IMG/VR virus record: IMGVR_UViG_3300005764_000039
Location: 1 to 36,527 of that record
From: a virus
Lineage: Duplodnaviria > Caudoviricetes
DNA: 36,527 nt
Reading direction: 5' to 3' (one strand)
Made by a program: the position numbers and the translations under genes. Shown piece by piece: positions 8,539 through 15,931 of the stretch (the stretch's first letter is position 1; every line of letters begins with the position of its first letter). Below the pieces are notes generated by a model, which was not told the DNA's origin, did not search any database, and saw only the letters and a program-made list of their open reading frames with translations.

Positions 8539-9201
8539 TCATTCCTTCGGCTCCTTCCCGTCGATGACGTCGGCGCGTTTCAGCAGCTCGCGGCCGAGGG
8601 TGCGGAGCCGGCTGGCTTGGCCGCGGAATTCGTCCTCGATGAGCTTGCCGATATTCTTGGCCGTGTCGTTCTTCGCAAACATGCTGCCATCGCCGCGCTG
8701 CCTGATCTGATGCAGCTCGGTTTCCAGCTCGGCGATTTTCGCCTTTAGCTGCGCGACCGGCGAGGACACCGGCGCCTTATCGCCGCCGGCCGGAATCTTG
8801 TGGCTCGCCTGCCAGCGTTTGAGGACGGTCCGCGGGTTGTTCCATTCGAGACGCTGGTTTTCGGCTAGGGTTTTACGCCACGCCTCGATGGCGAGCAGGT
8901 TCGAAATGCATTCGAGCAACGCGGCGCGCAGAACCTGATCCATATCCTCGAAGCCGTTGCGTTTCAGCCAGAGGCCGAAGGCTTCGCTATAGGCGCGGCC
9001 CTTGGGCAGATTGCTATGGGCGATGCGCATGGCGTAGCTGCGGCCGACGTCGATGGCTTGGCCGATATGGACCCAGCCGGCCCAGTCGGCGCCGGCCTTC
9101 TTGGTCCGCCAGTTTTCCTTGCCGAGGTCGATGATGCGCTGCTCGCTTGGATTCGGCTCCGGGCCGGTTGGCTCCGGGGGTTTGGTCGGGTCGCTCGTCA
9201 T
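8539..9201 (-). CDS. Hypothetical protein with C-terminal coiled coil
   Basis: RBS GGAGA before ATG 9201 and its own promoter; about 220 aa. Confidence 0.75.
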   Translation of the reverse strand: MTSDPTKPPEPTGPEPNPSEQRIIDLGKENWRTKKAGADWAGWVHIGQAIDVGRSYAMRIAHSNLPKGRAYSEAFGLWLKRNGFEDMDQVLRAALLECISNLLAIEAWRKTLAENQRLEWNNPRTVLKRWQASHKIPAGGDKAPVSSPVAQLKAKIAELETELHQIRQRGDGSMFAKNDTAKNIGKLIEDEFRGQASRLRTLGRELLKRADVIDGKEPKE

Positions 9202-9237
9202 TGGTCGGTCTCCATGAGTTGACTTACACTGATGCAA

Positions 9238-9266
9238 GTCATAGCGAGATTTGGCGGTAAGGTCAA
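9238..9266 (-). promoter_or_regulatory. Sigma70-type promoter with overlapping inverted repeat
   Basis: TTGACC-N17-TATGAC. The imperfect inverted repeat TGACTT-N10-AAGTCA (9220-9241) overlaps the -10/+1 region. Confidence 0.55.
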
Positions 9267-9329
9267 GAGGTGGCGGCCTGGTAATATTCCATCATCCGGC
9301 CCATTTTCGGGCCAAGGGAGAACGAATCC

Positions 9330-9590
9330 ATGCCCAAAAAGCCGATCATCGGGCGGCGCTCGACGCTCAGCAGCGCCGTGCTGTTGGCCTGGCGCGAGCG
9401 GCTGGGCTATTCGCAGCGCGATGCCTGCAAGGTTCTCGGCTGCTCGCGGGCCGCCTGGTCTGATTGGGAGAGCGGCGCCCATAAGATCCCGCGCTATATC
9501 GGCCTGGCGTGCGCGGCGATCGCGCTCGGCCTGTCGGCCTATGGCGACGAGCGCACCGAGTACGGAGGGAAGCCTCTGGACGACTCGTAA
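9330..9590 (+). CDS. XRE-family HTH protein
   Basis: WRERLGYSQRDACKVLGCSRAAWSDWESG...IPRYIGLAC; RBS AAGGGAG. Confidence 0.85.
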   Translation: MPKKPIIGRRSTLSSAVLLAWRERLGYSQRDACKVLGCSRAAWSDWESGAHKIPRYIGLACAAIALGLSAYGDERTEYGGKPLDDS

Positions 9591-9650
9591 GTCACTGGCC
9601 TAAAAATGAGCCACGACGAAACAAACAACCAGCGATTAGGAAGGATCACC

Positions 9651-9914
9651 ATGACGAAGCAGATCAAGCGGGTCGCGAAGAGTCGCGACCGCGAACCCAA
9701 GGCGAGCGCACCGGTCGCCTATGGGGCGAAGAAATTGATTGTCGTCGCCCTGCTCTCGCGCGAGCGCGGCGCCAGCATTGAGGAACTACTGCAGGCGACC
9801 GGCTGGAGGAAACGGCCAAGCGTGCATGGCCTCTTTGCCCTGCTGCGCAAGGAAGGGCACCAGGTCACCCGGGTCTGGGTTGACGATGGCTCCCGCTATC
9901 TGATCGTGAAGTGA
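9651..9914 (+). CDS. Winged-helix protein (DUF3489-like)
   Basis: LLSRERGASIEELLQATGW...SVHG...RYLI; RBS AGGAAGGA before ATG 9651. Confidence 0.7.
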   Translation: MTKQIKRVAKSRDREPKASAPVAYGAKKLIVVALLSRERGASIEELLQATGWRKRPSVHGLFALLRKEGHQVTRVWVDDGSRYLIVK

Positions 9915-9928
9915 TGGTCATGTTCATG

Positions 9929-10055
9929 AAAAACGGCCGCCGCATGGGGATCGCGGCGGCCGAAGTCATTGCGATTTAGAAGGAGCATCCGCAGCGGCGC
10001 GGAGCGCGCCATACGGACAAGGCGCGCCGCAGCGAGGAGCTACCGGCGCGCCAGA
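9929..10055 (-). ncRNA. Candidate small RNA with CUCC (anti-Shine-Dalgarno) loops, suhB/cuckoo-like
   Basis: Downstream of a near-consensus promoter. Hairpins GGCGCGCCG..CTCCTC..CGGCGCGCC and GGCGCG-CTC-CGCGCC, then GCTCCTTCT, then a perfect 10-bp terminator stem (9962-9953 / 9943-9934) and T5. Confidence 0.65.
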
Positions 10056-10060
10056 CCCAA

Positions 10061-10089
10061 ACAATAGGCGGCCAGCCGATCCCGTTCAA
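10061..10089 (-). promoter_or_regulatory. Sigma70 promoter driving the sRNA
   Basis: TTGAAC-N17-TATTGT. Confidence 0.65.
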
Positions 10090-10095
10090 GCCGTC

Positions 10096-10124
10096 TGGTC
10101 GCCCGGGAACCATTGCGCTACTAT
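10096..10124 (+). promoter_or_regulatory. Divergent promoter for the HTH-led operon
   Basis: TGGTCG-N17-TACTAT; the -35 is weak. Confidence 0.35.
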
Positions 10125-10158
10125 TTCGGAAAAAGTCGTGCGATCAGGAGGAGCTGAT

Positions 10159-10461
10159 TTGGTCATCTATTCGTCGCTGGGCGCCCGGATCCGCGGCGCC
10201 CGCATCATGCGCGACCTGACCGGCGAGCAGCTCGCCCGCCTGGTCGGCTGTCACAAATCAACCATCACTATGCTCGAGGCCGGCACGAACCGGCGCACCA
10301 GGTATATCGGCGCCATGGCGCGAGCGCTCGGCGTCACATCCGAATGGCTCGAGCTCGGCATCGGCGATCCGCCCTGGCGGCGCGGTGGCGTGCGGACCGA
10401 GAGCGCACAAGAGGAAGTTCGGCGCATCCTGCGCCAGGACCGGAAAGGGCTCGAGAAATGA
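10159..10461 (+). CDS. XRE/cI-N-terminal-like HTH regulator
   Basis: LGARIRGARIMRDLTGEQLARLVG...LEAG...MARALGVTSEWLELG. TTG start after SD AGGAGGAG; no peptidase domain. Confidence 0.85.
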   Translation: MVIYSSLGARIRGARIMRDLTGEQLARLVGCHKSTITMLEAGTNRRTRYIGAMARALGVTSEWLELGIGDPPWRRGGVRTESAQEEVRRILRQDRKGLEK

Positions 10462-10697
10462 CGCGGATGATGACGGTCTATCGCTACACCATCGAAGGCT
10501 CGGCCGGCGACGATCAGACCTGGTCGACCAGCGGTCGGGTCATGGGCCTGCCGGGCGAATTCCCCGAGCTCCTGCAGGAGGCGATCAGGGATTCGTTCGT
10601 CACCCTGACCCGCGGCAAGGCGGTCTATGGCCGCCCCGGCATCGGCTGCAGCGGGCCTTACCAGGTGACGAGCTTCAAGGTGGAGATCGTCTCGTGA
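10458..10697 (+). CDS. Hypothetical protein
   Basis: ATGA-coupled to the upstream gene; 79 aa. Confidence 0.7.
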   Translation: MTRMMTVYRYTIEGSAGDDQTWSTSGRVMGLPGEFPELLQEAIRDSFVTLTRGKAVYGRPGIGCSGPYQVTSFKVEIVS

Positions 10698-10963
10698 GCC
10701 GGCGGCGGGCACGCGAGGCCGTCAAGCTGATCGACGAGTGTTATGCCGCGCTCGTGCCGCTGCTCTCGGGCCGCGGTCCCGACATGCAAGGCGCGGTGAT
10801 GCTCGATCTGACGGCGCGCTGGCTCGCCGGCTTTCACGACACCGAGAGCGCCGCCGGCTCGGACGAGCTGCGCAAGCGCCATCTGGCGCAATTCGCCGAC
10901 GCGGTGCTGAAGATGGCCAAGGTCTACGCCGAGCAGCACAACGTCGGCCAGACCATGCATTAG
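10694..10963 (+). CDS. Hypothetical protein
   Basis: GTGA-coupled start; helical composition. Confidence 0.7.
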   Translation: MSRRRAREAVKLIDECYAALVPLLSGRGPDMQGAVMLDLTARWLAGFHDTESAAGSDELRKRHLAQFADAVLKMAKVYAEQHNVGQTMH

Positions 10964-10975
10964 GAGGAGGAAAAT

Positions 10976-11164
10976 ATGCAGGGATTATGCAGCGATAGCA
11001 TTCGCATGGAAATCACGCCGAGCGCGCACAAGGCCGGCGGCTGGTGGTGCTACATCATCCAGGAGATCGGCGGCGATCGGCGCACCATCGGTAAGGCGTT
11101 TCAAATCAAGGACGAGGCGTGGCAATGGGGCCAGGCTTTTGTCGAAAGGATCCGGCGATGCTGA
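10976..11164 (+). CDS. Hypothetical protein
   Basis: Strong SD AGGAGGAGG. Confidence 0.65.
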   Translation: MQGLCSDSIRMEITPSAHKAGGWWCYIIQEIGGDRRTIGKAFQIKDEAWQWGQAFVERIRRC

Positions 11165-11307
11165 TCTTCTGGATCGCGATCGCGACCGTCGCCGGCATCG
11201 GCCTGATCTCGGTCCTCGGCGTCGCCATCCTCTGCCTGAGCTACATGAACGCCGAGGAGTGGAAGCTCGAGCAGCTCGAGCGCCGGCATGGTCTCAGGGA
11301 GGATTGA
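11158..11307 (+). CDS. Small single-pass membrane protein
   Basis: MLIFWIAIATVAGIGLISVLGVAILCLSY followed by a charged tail. Confidence 0.6.
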   Translation: MLIFWIAIATVAGIGLISVLGVAILCLSYMNAEEWKLEQLERRHGLRED

Positions 11308-11474
11308 GCTTGAAAGACGAGACGAGAACGTTGCGCGACATCGTGCGCGATTGTGTCCGGCGCGAGCTGCGCGACAGCCCCGACACCGAGGACATCAACT
11401 ATTTCGCCGATCGGGTCTCCGATGCCGTCATGCACCGGATCGCGGCGGCGCGGATCAAGGTGACGAGCGGTTGA
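11304..11474 (+). CDS. Hypothetical protein
   Basis: TTG start overlapping the upstream stop; SD GGGAGG. Confidence 0.55.
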   Translation: MSLKDETRTLRDIVRDCVRRELRDSPDTEDINYFADRVSDAVMHRIAAARIKVTSG

Positions 11475-11487
11475 AAGGAGCGAAAAG

Positions 11488-11679
11488 ATGGGGATTCGAT
11501 ATCGCGGCACCGGCCTGATCGGCTGGATCGAGTGGCTCCATTTCCGGTTGCTCGCGCGGACCTACCGCATATTGCACTGGCAGGAATGGAAGGCGGTCAC
11601 CGAGGAGCAGCGGCGGGAATTCGGCGTGCCCGATCCCGAGGAGCAGCAGCGCCATTGCGACGGCAAGGTGAAACGATGA
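11488..11679 (+). CDS. Hypothetical protein
   Basis: SD AAAGGAG; coupled to the next gene. Confidence 0.6.
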   Translation: MGIRYRGTGLIGWIEWLHFRLLARTYRILHWQEWKAVTEEQRREFGVPDPEEQQRHCDGKVKR

Positions 11680-11858
11680 TTCACCGCGCGATCGACGCCC
11701 TCGCCGGCCATGCCATGCGGGTCGCCCAGATTTACGAAGACGAGGACCGGATCCCGCACCAGCTCGCGCCGCGCCGGCTCTATGTCGTCGCCGTCATGGT
11801 GCTGATCCTCGGCCTGATGGTGCTCGACGGCGTGGCCTGGACGCTGCGCCGGCGATGA
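11676..11858 (+). CDS. Small protein with C-terminal transmembrane helix
   Basis: ATGA coupling; LYVVAVMVLILGLMVLDGVAW. Confidence 0.6.
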   Translation: MIHRAIDALAGHAMRVAQIYEDEDRIPHQLAPRRLYVVAVMVLILGLMVLDGVAWTLRRR

Positions 11859-11995
11859 GCTGGTGGCTGATCGTCACCGTCGTCACAGTCGTCTCGCTGG
11901 GCGCGGTCGGGCTGATCGTCCTCTATGTCGTCGGCCTGCTCGCCGACATGCAGGATCATGACGACATCAGTGGCCGGCCGGACGGCAAACGATGA
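11855..11995 (+). CDS. Small single-pass membrane protein (46 aa)
   Basis: Not in the ORF track. MSWWLIVTVVTVVSLGAVGLIVLYVVGLLADMQDHDD...; ATGA-coupled at both ends. Confidence 0.6.
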   Translation: MSWWLIVTVVTVVSLGAVGLIVLYVVGLLADMQDHDDISGRPDGKR

Positions 11996-12180
11996 TCGAG
12001 CCGACCGCGGACGACATCGGTCGCTGGGTCGTCTACACCGGGAATCGCTTCCCGGGCGGCGAGCTCGAATATGGGATCATCACCGCGTTCAACCGGATCG
12101 CGGTGATGGTGCGCTATGGCGCCGATCGCCATTCCAAGGCGACGGATCGGCGCGATCTCGAGTGGCTTGAACAACTCTGA
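11992..12180 (+). CDS. Small beta-rich (SH3-like) hypothetical protein
   Basis: DIGRWVVY...EYGIITAFN...VMVRYG...KAT...DLEW. Confidence 0.7.
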   Translation: MIEPTADDIGRWVVYTGNRFPGGELEYGIITAFNRIAVMVRYGADRHSKATDRRDLEWLEQL

Positions 12181-12195
12181 ATGGAGGAACCGACA

Positions 12196-12678
12196 ATGTT
12201 TGCGAAGAAGGAAACGAAGCAGGTCTTAGATCTCCGCGTTCATGTCATACAACGTGATATCAACGAAAGCGATTGTCGCGACGCCCGGCGCTGCATGATC
12301 CGCACCGCGGTCGAACGAGCGCTGCGCGAGATCGACACCAGCGTCAGCCATCATCACACCCGGGTCGATGCCGGGCATATCAAAGCGAACATCGCGGGCT
12401 ATGGCAGCAAGGCCGACATGCCGAAGAAGGGCAAGGATATGCTGGTGCTGTTCGACCGCGAGGACAAGGCGCGCAAGGCCGCCAAGAAGGCGGGCATCAA
12501 ATTCGATTCCGCGGTCAAGCCGTTCTCGATGACGCTGCGTTTCGAGCGCGGCGCCAAGGTTCAGAAGTTCACCCGCGAACGCAAGGATCAGATCAATGCG
12601 GCGCGGGATCGGCGCAAGGCCGCCGGGACGCCCGATAGGCGCTACACCTTGCGCCAGCGCATCATCGGTTTCGCCTGA
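12196..12678 (+). CDS. Basic hypothetical protein
   Basis: SD GGAGG before ATG 12196; K/R-rich. Confidence 0.7.
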   Translation: MFAKKETKQVLDLRVHVIQRDINESDCRDARRCMIRTAVERALREIDTSVSHHHTRVDAGHIKANIAGYGSKADMPKKGKDMLVLFDREDKARKAAKKAGIKFDSAVKPFSMTLRFERGAKVQKFTRERKDQINAARDRRKAAGTPDRRYTLRQRIIGFA

Positions 12679-12761
12679 TGACGACCGGCGATTTCGCCGC
12701 TGCGCTGATCTGCTTCGCCGTCCTGGCGGCGACCGCCTATCTGCAGGCGTTCGGATCCTGA
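12678..12761 (+). CDS. 27-aa hydrophobic peptide
   Basis: TGATG coupling; MTTGDFAAALICFAVLAATAYLQAFGS. Confidence 0.45.
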   Translation: MTTGDFAAALICFAVLAATAYLQAFGS

Positions 12762-12764
12762 TCC

Positions 12765-12866
12765 ATGGATAGCATCATCGGGCGCCTGCTGCTGATCGCG
12801 GTGCTGATCTTCATCATCTCGATCCTGATCGGCAATTGGCATAGCGATTTCGGCTGCTGCCGATGA
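12765..12866 (+). CDS. 33-aa hydrophobic peptide
   Basis: MDSIIGRLLLIAVLIFIISILIGNWHSDFGCCR; its stop overlaps the next ATG. Confidence 0.45.
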   Translation: MDSIIGRLLLIAVLIFIISILIGNWHSDFGCCR

Positions 12867-13063
12867 CCAAGATCGAGAGGGTCGCCAATGCCCTAAAGGG
12901 GCGGGGCGAGCGCGGGGCGACGATCCCCGAGCTGATCGTCTTGTGCGACATGCACTATCGCCACATTCGCAACTGCCTCGAGACGCTCCAAGAGCGCAAG
13001 GTCGCTCGGCGCACCGGCGCCGGCTGGAGCGATCCCCACCGTTATTTTTGGATCGGCGGATGA
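12863..13063 (+). CDS. Small winged-helix-like protein
   Basis: ERGATIPEL...HIRNCLETLQER...RYFW; resembles 9651..9914. Confidence 0.65.
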   Translation: MTKIERVANALKGRGERGATIPELIVLCDMHYRHIRNCLETLQERKVARRTGAGWSDPHRYFWIGG

Positions 13064-13374
13064 CGTTCGGCGCGCCCTATCACATGCCGCCGCCCTATGT
13101 CGTGTTGCGCCGTTGGGGGCGAGCTGCGGTGAACGAGCCGGGCGATTATGAGTGGTTCATGGGCCATCGGCCGCGCTGGCTGCTCGCCTGGCTGCCGCCG
13201 GTCGCGGTCTGGGAGATCATGCATCTAGCGCACCATGACGGTCTCTATCGCTTCCGCGATCGCGATGAGGCGCTGGCCTATATTGTTCGGCACCGGGATA
13301 TGTCTCGCGGCGACACAGTGATCGAATTCGTCACGGTAGAGTTGACCCGGCCCGCCACCGGGGCAGGACTTTGA
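13060..13374 (+). CDS. Hypothetical protein
   Basis: ATGA-coupled start at 13060. Confidence 0.55.
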   Translation: MTFGAPYHMPPPYVVLRRWGRAAVNEPGDYEWFMGHRPRWLLAWLPPVAVWEIMHLAHHDGLYRFRDRDEALAYIVRHRDMSRGDTVIEFVTVELTRPATGAGL

Positions 13375-13402
13375 CCCGGCCAAATGAACAATTGCCGTCC
13401 GA

Positions 13403-13526
13403 CAGCGGCGGCGGGCCGCTGACGATCCTCCCGCGAGCGCCGGTGACCGGGAGGTAGGAGAGGCCGAGCCGGCGGGTGCTGGACAGCATCCTCGCCAGCT
13501 CGGTCCTCTCCGCAATTTTCTTATTT
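13403..13526 (+). ncRNA. Candidate structured RNA or attenuator (three hairpins plus T-rich tail)
   Basis: CAGCGGC/GCCGCTG (13403-13421), CCTCCCG/CGGGAGG (13427-13454), a long imperfect stem 13457-13511, then ATTTTCTTATTT. Strand uncertain. Confidence 0.4.
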
Positions 13527-13567
13527 ACTGCAGCGCGAAAATCGCACCGCAGCACAAAGGGTCTGGC

Positions 13568-13843
13568 ATGGCCAAGCGGATTACCTGGATCGAGCGCCTC
13601 GGCCCGGATTGCGCTCTCGGCACTGATGGGGTCCAGTGGATCGTCTATAGGCGCAGCACCGCTAAGTCTCTCCCTGAGTGGCAAGGCGACTATTGGGCCG
13701 CCGCCGGCTTCATCCAGTCGAGCCGGCGGGCGCTGAAAGACTGCATCGAGGCCAAGAGACTAGAGCTTTCCGAGAGCGGCAAGGCGGCGATCGACCGGCA
13801 GGATTCGAAAATCTATCGCTGGCGCCGGGCCGACGGGAAATAA
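13568..13843 (+). CDS. Hypothetical protein
   Basis: 91 aa; ALGTDGVQWIV...W...GFIQSSRRAL pattern. Confidence 0.7.
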   Translation: MAKRITWIERLGPDCALGTDGVQWIVYRRSTAKSLPEWQGDYWAAAGFIQSSRRALKDCIEAKRLELSESGKAAIDRQDSKIYRWRRADGK

Positions 13844-13967
13844 AGTTACCCAAAAATACGCGTGGGAAGGCCCATAGGGCGCGATTCTAGAGGGGGTCGT
13901 CGCTTTGGGTATCCCGACACCGGCCGATAGCTACTTTCGGCTGGGCGGCTGCCGGGCGGGCACGCGG

Positions 13968-14429
13968 CTAGGGTTTCGCTCCGAGAGAGAGGAGGCCGAA
14001 GCCCGATGCACGATCCCCTGGCGGCGCTGCAGGTCGAGAACCGGCGGCTACGGGATATGATCCAGACCCTGATTCTGACGGTGCTGGATCTGAACCGGCA
14101 GATCGGCAAGCTGCAGCGAACCGCAGCCGCCGCTGAGCTGTTGCTGCTCGGAATTCCCGAATCGCCTGGCGCTCTGCCTCCTCCTTCGCCTCCTTCGCAA
14201 TCAGCGCCGCGGCCCCGGCCGAGCCAAACAGCGGCTTGTCATGCCAGGGATCCTCAAGCAGCAGCCCCGGATCCAGGCTGATGGCGCCGCGGGTCTCGAT
14301 CTCATGCAGGAAGGGGGCGAGGACGTCGGCGAGATCCTCGACGATGAGCGGCGGCGGCCGTTCCCAGAGCGGCACGGCATCGCGATAGCGCCGGATTCTA
14401 GGATCCGAAGAAGTCGCCCGCGTCGTCAT
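13968..14429 (-). CDS. Hypothetical protein (3' end overlaps a convergent ORF)
   Basis: ATG 14429; protein-like up to ...IREFRAATAQRR. Confidence 0.45.
   Translation of the reverse strand: MTTRATSSDPRIRRYRDAVPLWERPPPLIVEDLADVLAPFLHEIETRGAISLDPGLLLEDPWHDKPLFGSAGAAALIAKEAKEEAERQAIREFRAATAQRRLRFAAACRSAGSDPAPSESGSGSYPVAAGSRPAAPPGDRASGFGLLSLGAKP
14006..14281 (+). CDS. Coiled-coil hypothetical protein (3' end overlaps a convergent ORF)
   Basis: Strong SD GAGGAGG; the first ~40 aa are heptad-like and the rest looks like read-through. Confidence 0.45.
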   Translation: MHDPLAALQVENRRLRDMIQTLILTVLDLNRQIGKLQRTAAAAELLLLGIPESPGALPPPSPPSQSAPRPRPSQTAACHARDPQAAAPDPG

Positions 14430-14691
14430 AGGTCGTGATCGTGACCGCGGCATCCGGGCCGCGATAGATGCGGACGAAATCGGCGAAGCTGACGCCGCGC
14501 GGACAGCGAGCGCGGATGAAATGCTCTTCTCCATTCGCCTTCGCCCCGGTGAGCCAGCGCGGCGTGCAATCGGGACAGATCGCCTTGCTCTCGAAGATCA
14601 TGCCGCCGCTTTCGCGCCGCTCGGTCCAGAGCGCACCGCAGCTATCGCACTCGACGCTGTTGCCAATCGGATAGGTCTCGGTCGTAACCAT
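14398..14691 (-). CDS. Zinc-finger-like protein
   Basis: CDSC...CPDC pairs; SD GAGG. Confidence 0.7.
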   Translation of the reverse strand: MVTTETYPIGNSVECDSCGALWTERRESGGMIFESKAICPDCTPRWLTGAKANGEEHFIRARCPRGVSFADFVRIYRGPDAAVTITTYDDAGDFFGS

Positions 14692-14713
14692 GTTTGCCTC
14701 GCCTCATGGGATC

Positions 14714-14899
14714 TCACGCATTGAACAGCGCCACGATCGCCAGCGCCAGGGCGGCGGCCTGCAGATAGCGCCAATTGCGCCGATACCACCACCAGTACCG
14801 ATCGAGCGTCACCAGCACCGCGACATAGGCGCCAATCGCCTGCAACAGGAAGCGACCCAGGTGCAGCCCGAACTGCAGAACCGGATCATTGGGCGCCAG
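14714..14899 (-). CDS. Small two-helix membrane protein, probable CTG start
   Basis: Open frame LAPNDPVLQFGLHLGRFLLQAIGAYVAVLVTLDRYWWWYRRNWRYLQAAALALAIVALFNA* after the lyase stop. GAGGA lies upstream of the CTG; no ATG in frame. Confidence 0.45.
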   Translation of the reverse strand: MAPNDPVLQFGLHLGRFLLQAIGAYVAVLVTLDRYWWWYRRNWRYLQAAALALAIVALFNA

Positions 14900-14900
14900 C

Positions 14901-15845
14901 TCAGGCGTCCTCGGTCCAGACCCGGATGTCGCCGAAATCGAACCAGCAATCTTTGGGCGCCGCGTTCGCCGCGCCGCCGCCGAAAAAGCAGGTCAGGTCG
15001 TAGAACACATCGGCGACGCCCGCCTGGGCGTTGAAATTGTCCGTCCGCGCCGTGAAATCGAACTTCGGGTCGGCGTCTTTCCAGTATTCGATCCGCACCT
15101 TGCCCTTGTCCGAGGCCGGCGCCCCGGTCATGCGCATGTGGATCTCGTACCAATGGCCGTATTGGATCGGCCTGAAGCCGTTGTAAACCGGCTGAACCCA
15201 TTGCTTGCCGCTGTTGGGCGCGTCGCGCTGATCCTGCAGGCCGACGACGATATCCTGGTGCCCGAGCGAGCTGGCGCCGGCCGGCCAGATGGCGAAGTTG
15301 CGCAGGCCGCCGCCGGGGCTGGTCGTTATGGGCCCCCAGTTGATCGCGCCGCCCCATTTTCCGCCGCCCTCGGTCCAGAGGTTGACGCCCGGATCCTTGA
15401 CCCGCCAGCGGAAGGAGACGTTGACGATCTTCGCCTTGCCGAGCCAGACCTGGCAGCTCCGGTGCCCCATCCCGAAAGAGTCACGCGGCATGAAGGCCGA
15501 GAGGTAATTGCCGCCCGTCGGCCCGCCGCTGCGGATCCAGAAATCATGCCTGGTCGCATCGCTGTTTTGCTCGAGGCAGACGACCTTAGGCGATCCCTGG
15601 TCGATCGCCTGCTTCCAAAGCTTTTTCCAGTCCTCGGCGGTCAGCAGGTTGGTGTTCGCGGCGAAGGCGTTGAAGTCGGCGCGGAAGTCGAACAGGCCCG
15701 CGGCCGGCGGCTGCTCGGGCGGCGGTTCGGTCTCGGGCGGCTGCTCGATCGGCGGCTGCTCGGGTTGGTTCGCCGCCGTCGCCTTGAGATCGCCGGTGAG
15801 CTGGTACTGCGTGCCGTCGGGAAGCGTGAGGATGAGACCGGTCAT
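14901..15845 (-). CDS. Polysaccharide lyase-like protein (PL14-like jelly roll) with Pro-rich linker
   Basis: SD AGGAG before ATG 15845. VSFRWRV...GGGKWGG, GHWYEIHMRM...GKVRIEYWKD and TCFFGGG...APKDCWFDFGDIRV parallel the PL14 GGKLPG and STFFGG motifs. Confidence 0.6.
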   Translation of the reverse strand: MTGLILTLPDGTQYQLTGDLKATAANQPEQPPIEQPPETEPPPEQPPAAGLFDFRADFNAFAANTNLLTAEDWKKLWKQAIDQGSPKVVCLEQNSDATRHDFWIRSGGPTGGNYLSAFMPRDSFGMGHRSCQVWLGKAKIVNVSFRWRVKDPGVNLWTEGGGKWGGAINWGPITTSPGGGLRNFAIWPAGASSLGHQDIVVGLQDQRDAPNSGKQWVQPVYNGFRPIQYGHWYEIHMRMTGAPASDKGKVRIEYWKDADPKFDFTARTDNFNAQAGVADVFYDLTCFFGGGAANAAPKDCWFDFGDIRVWTEDA

Positions 15846-15931
15846 CAGGAATCTCCTGCGCGAAAGAGAAAACGCTGGAGGACGATCACCCGGCGAGGGA
15901 ATGAGCCGCCCTCCAGCGCGCCCGCCTAGCC

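Noticed and set aside
9934-10055. CsrB/RsmZ-type sRNA on the plus strand (several GGA motifs in loops)
   Set aside because: The promoter and U-tailed terminator are both on the minus strand, so the CUCC strand is the likelier transcript.
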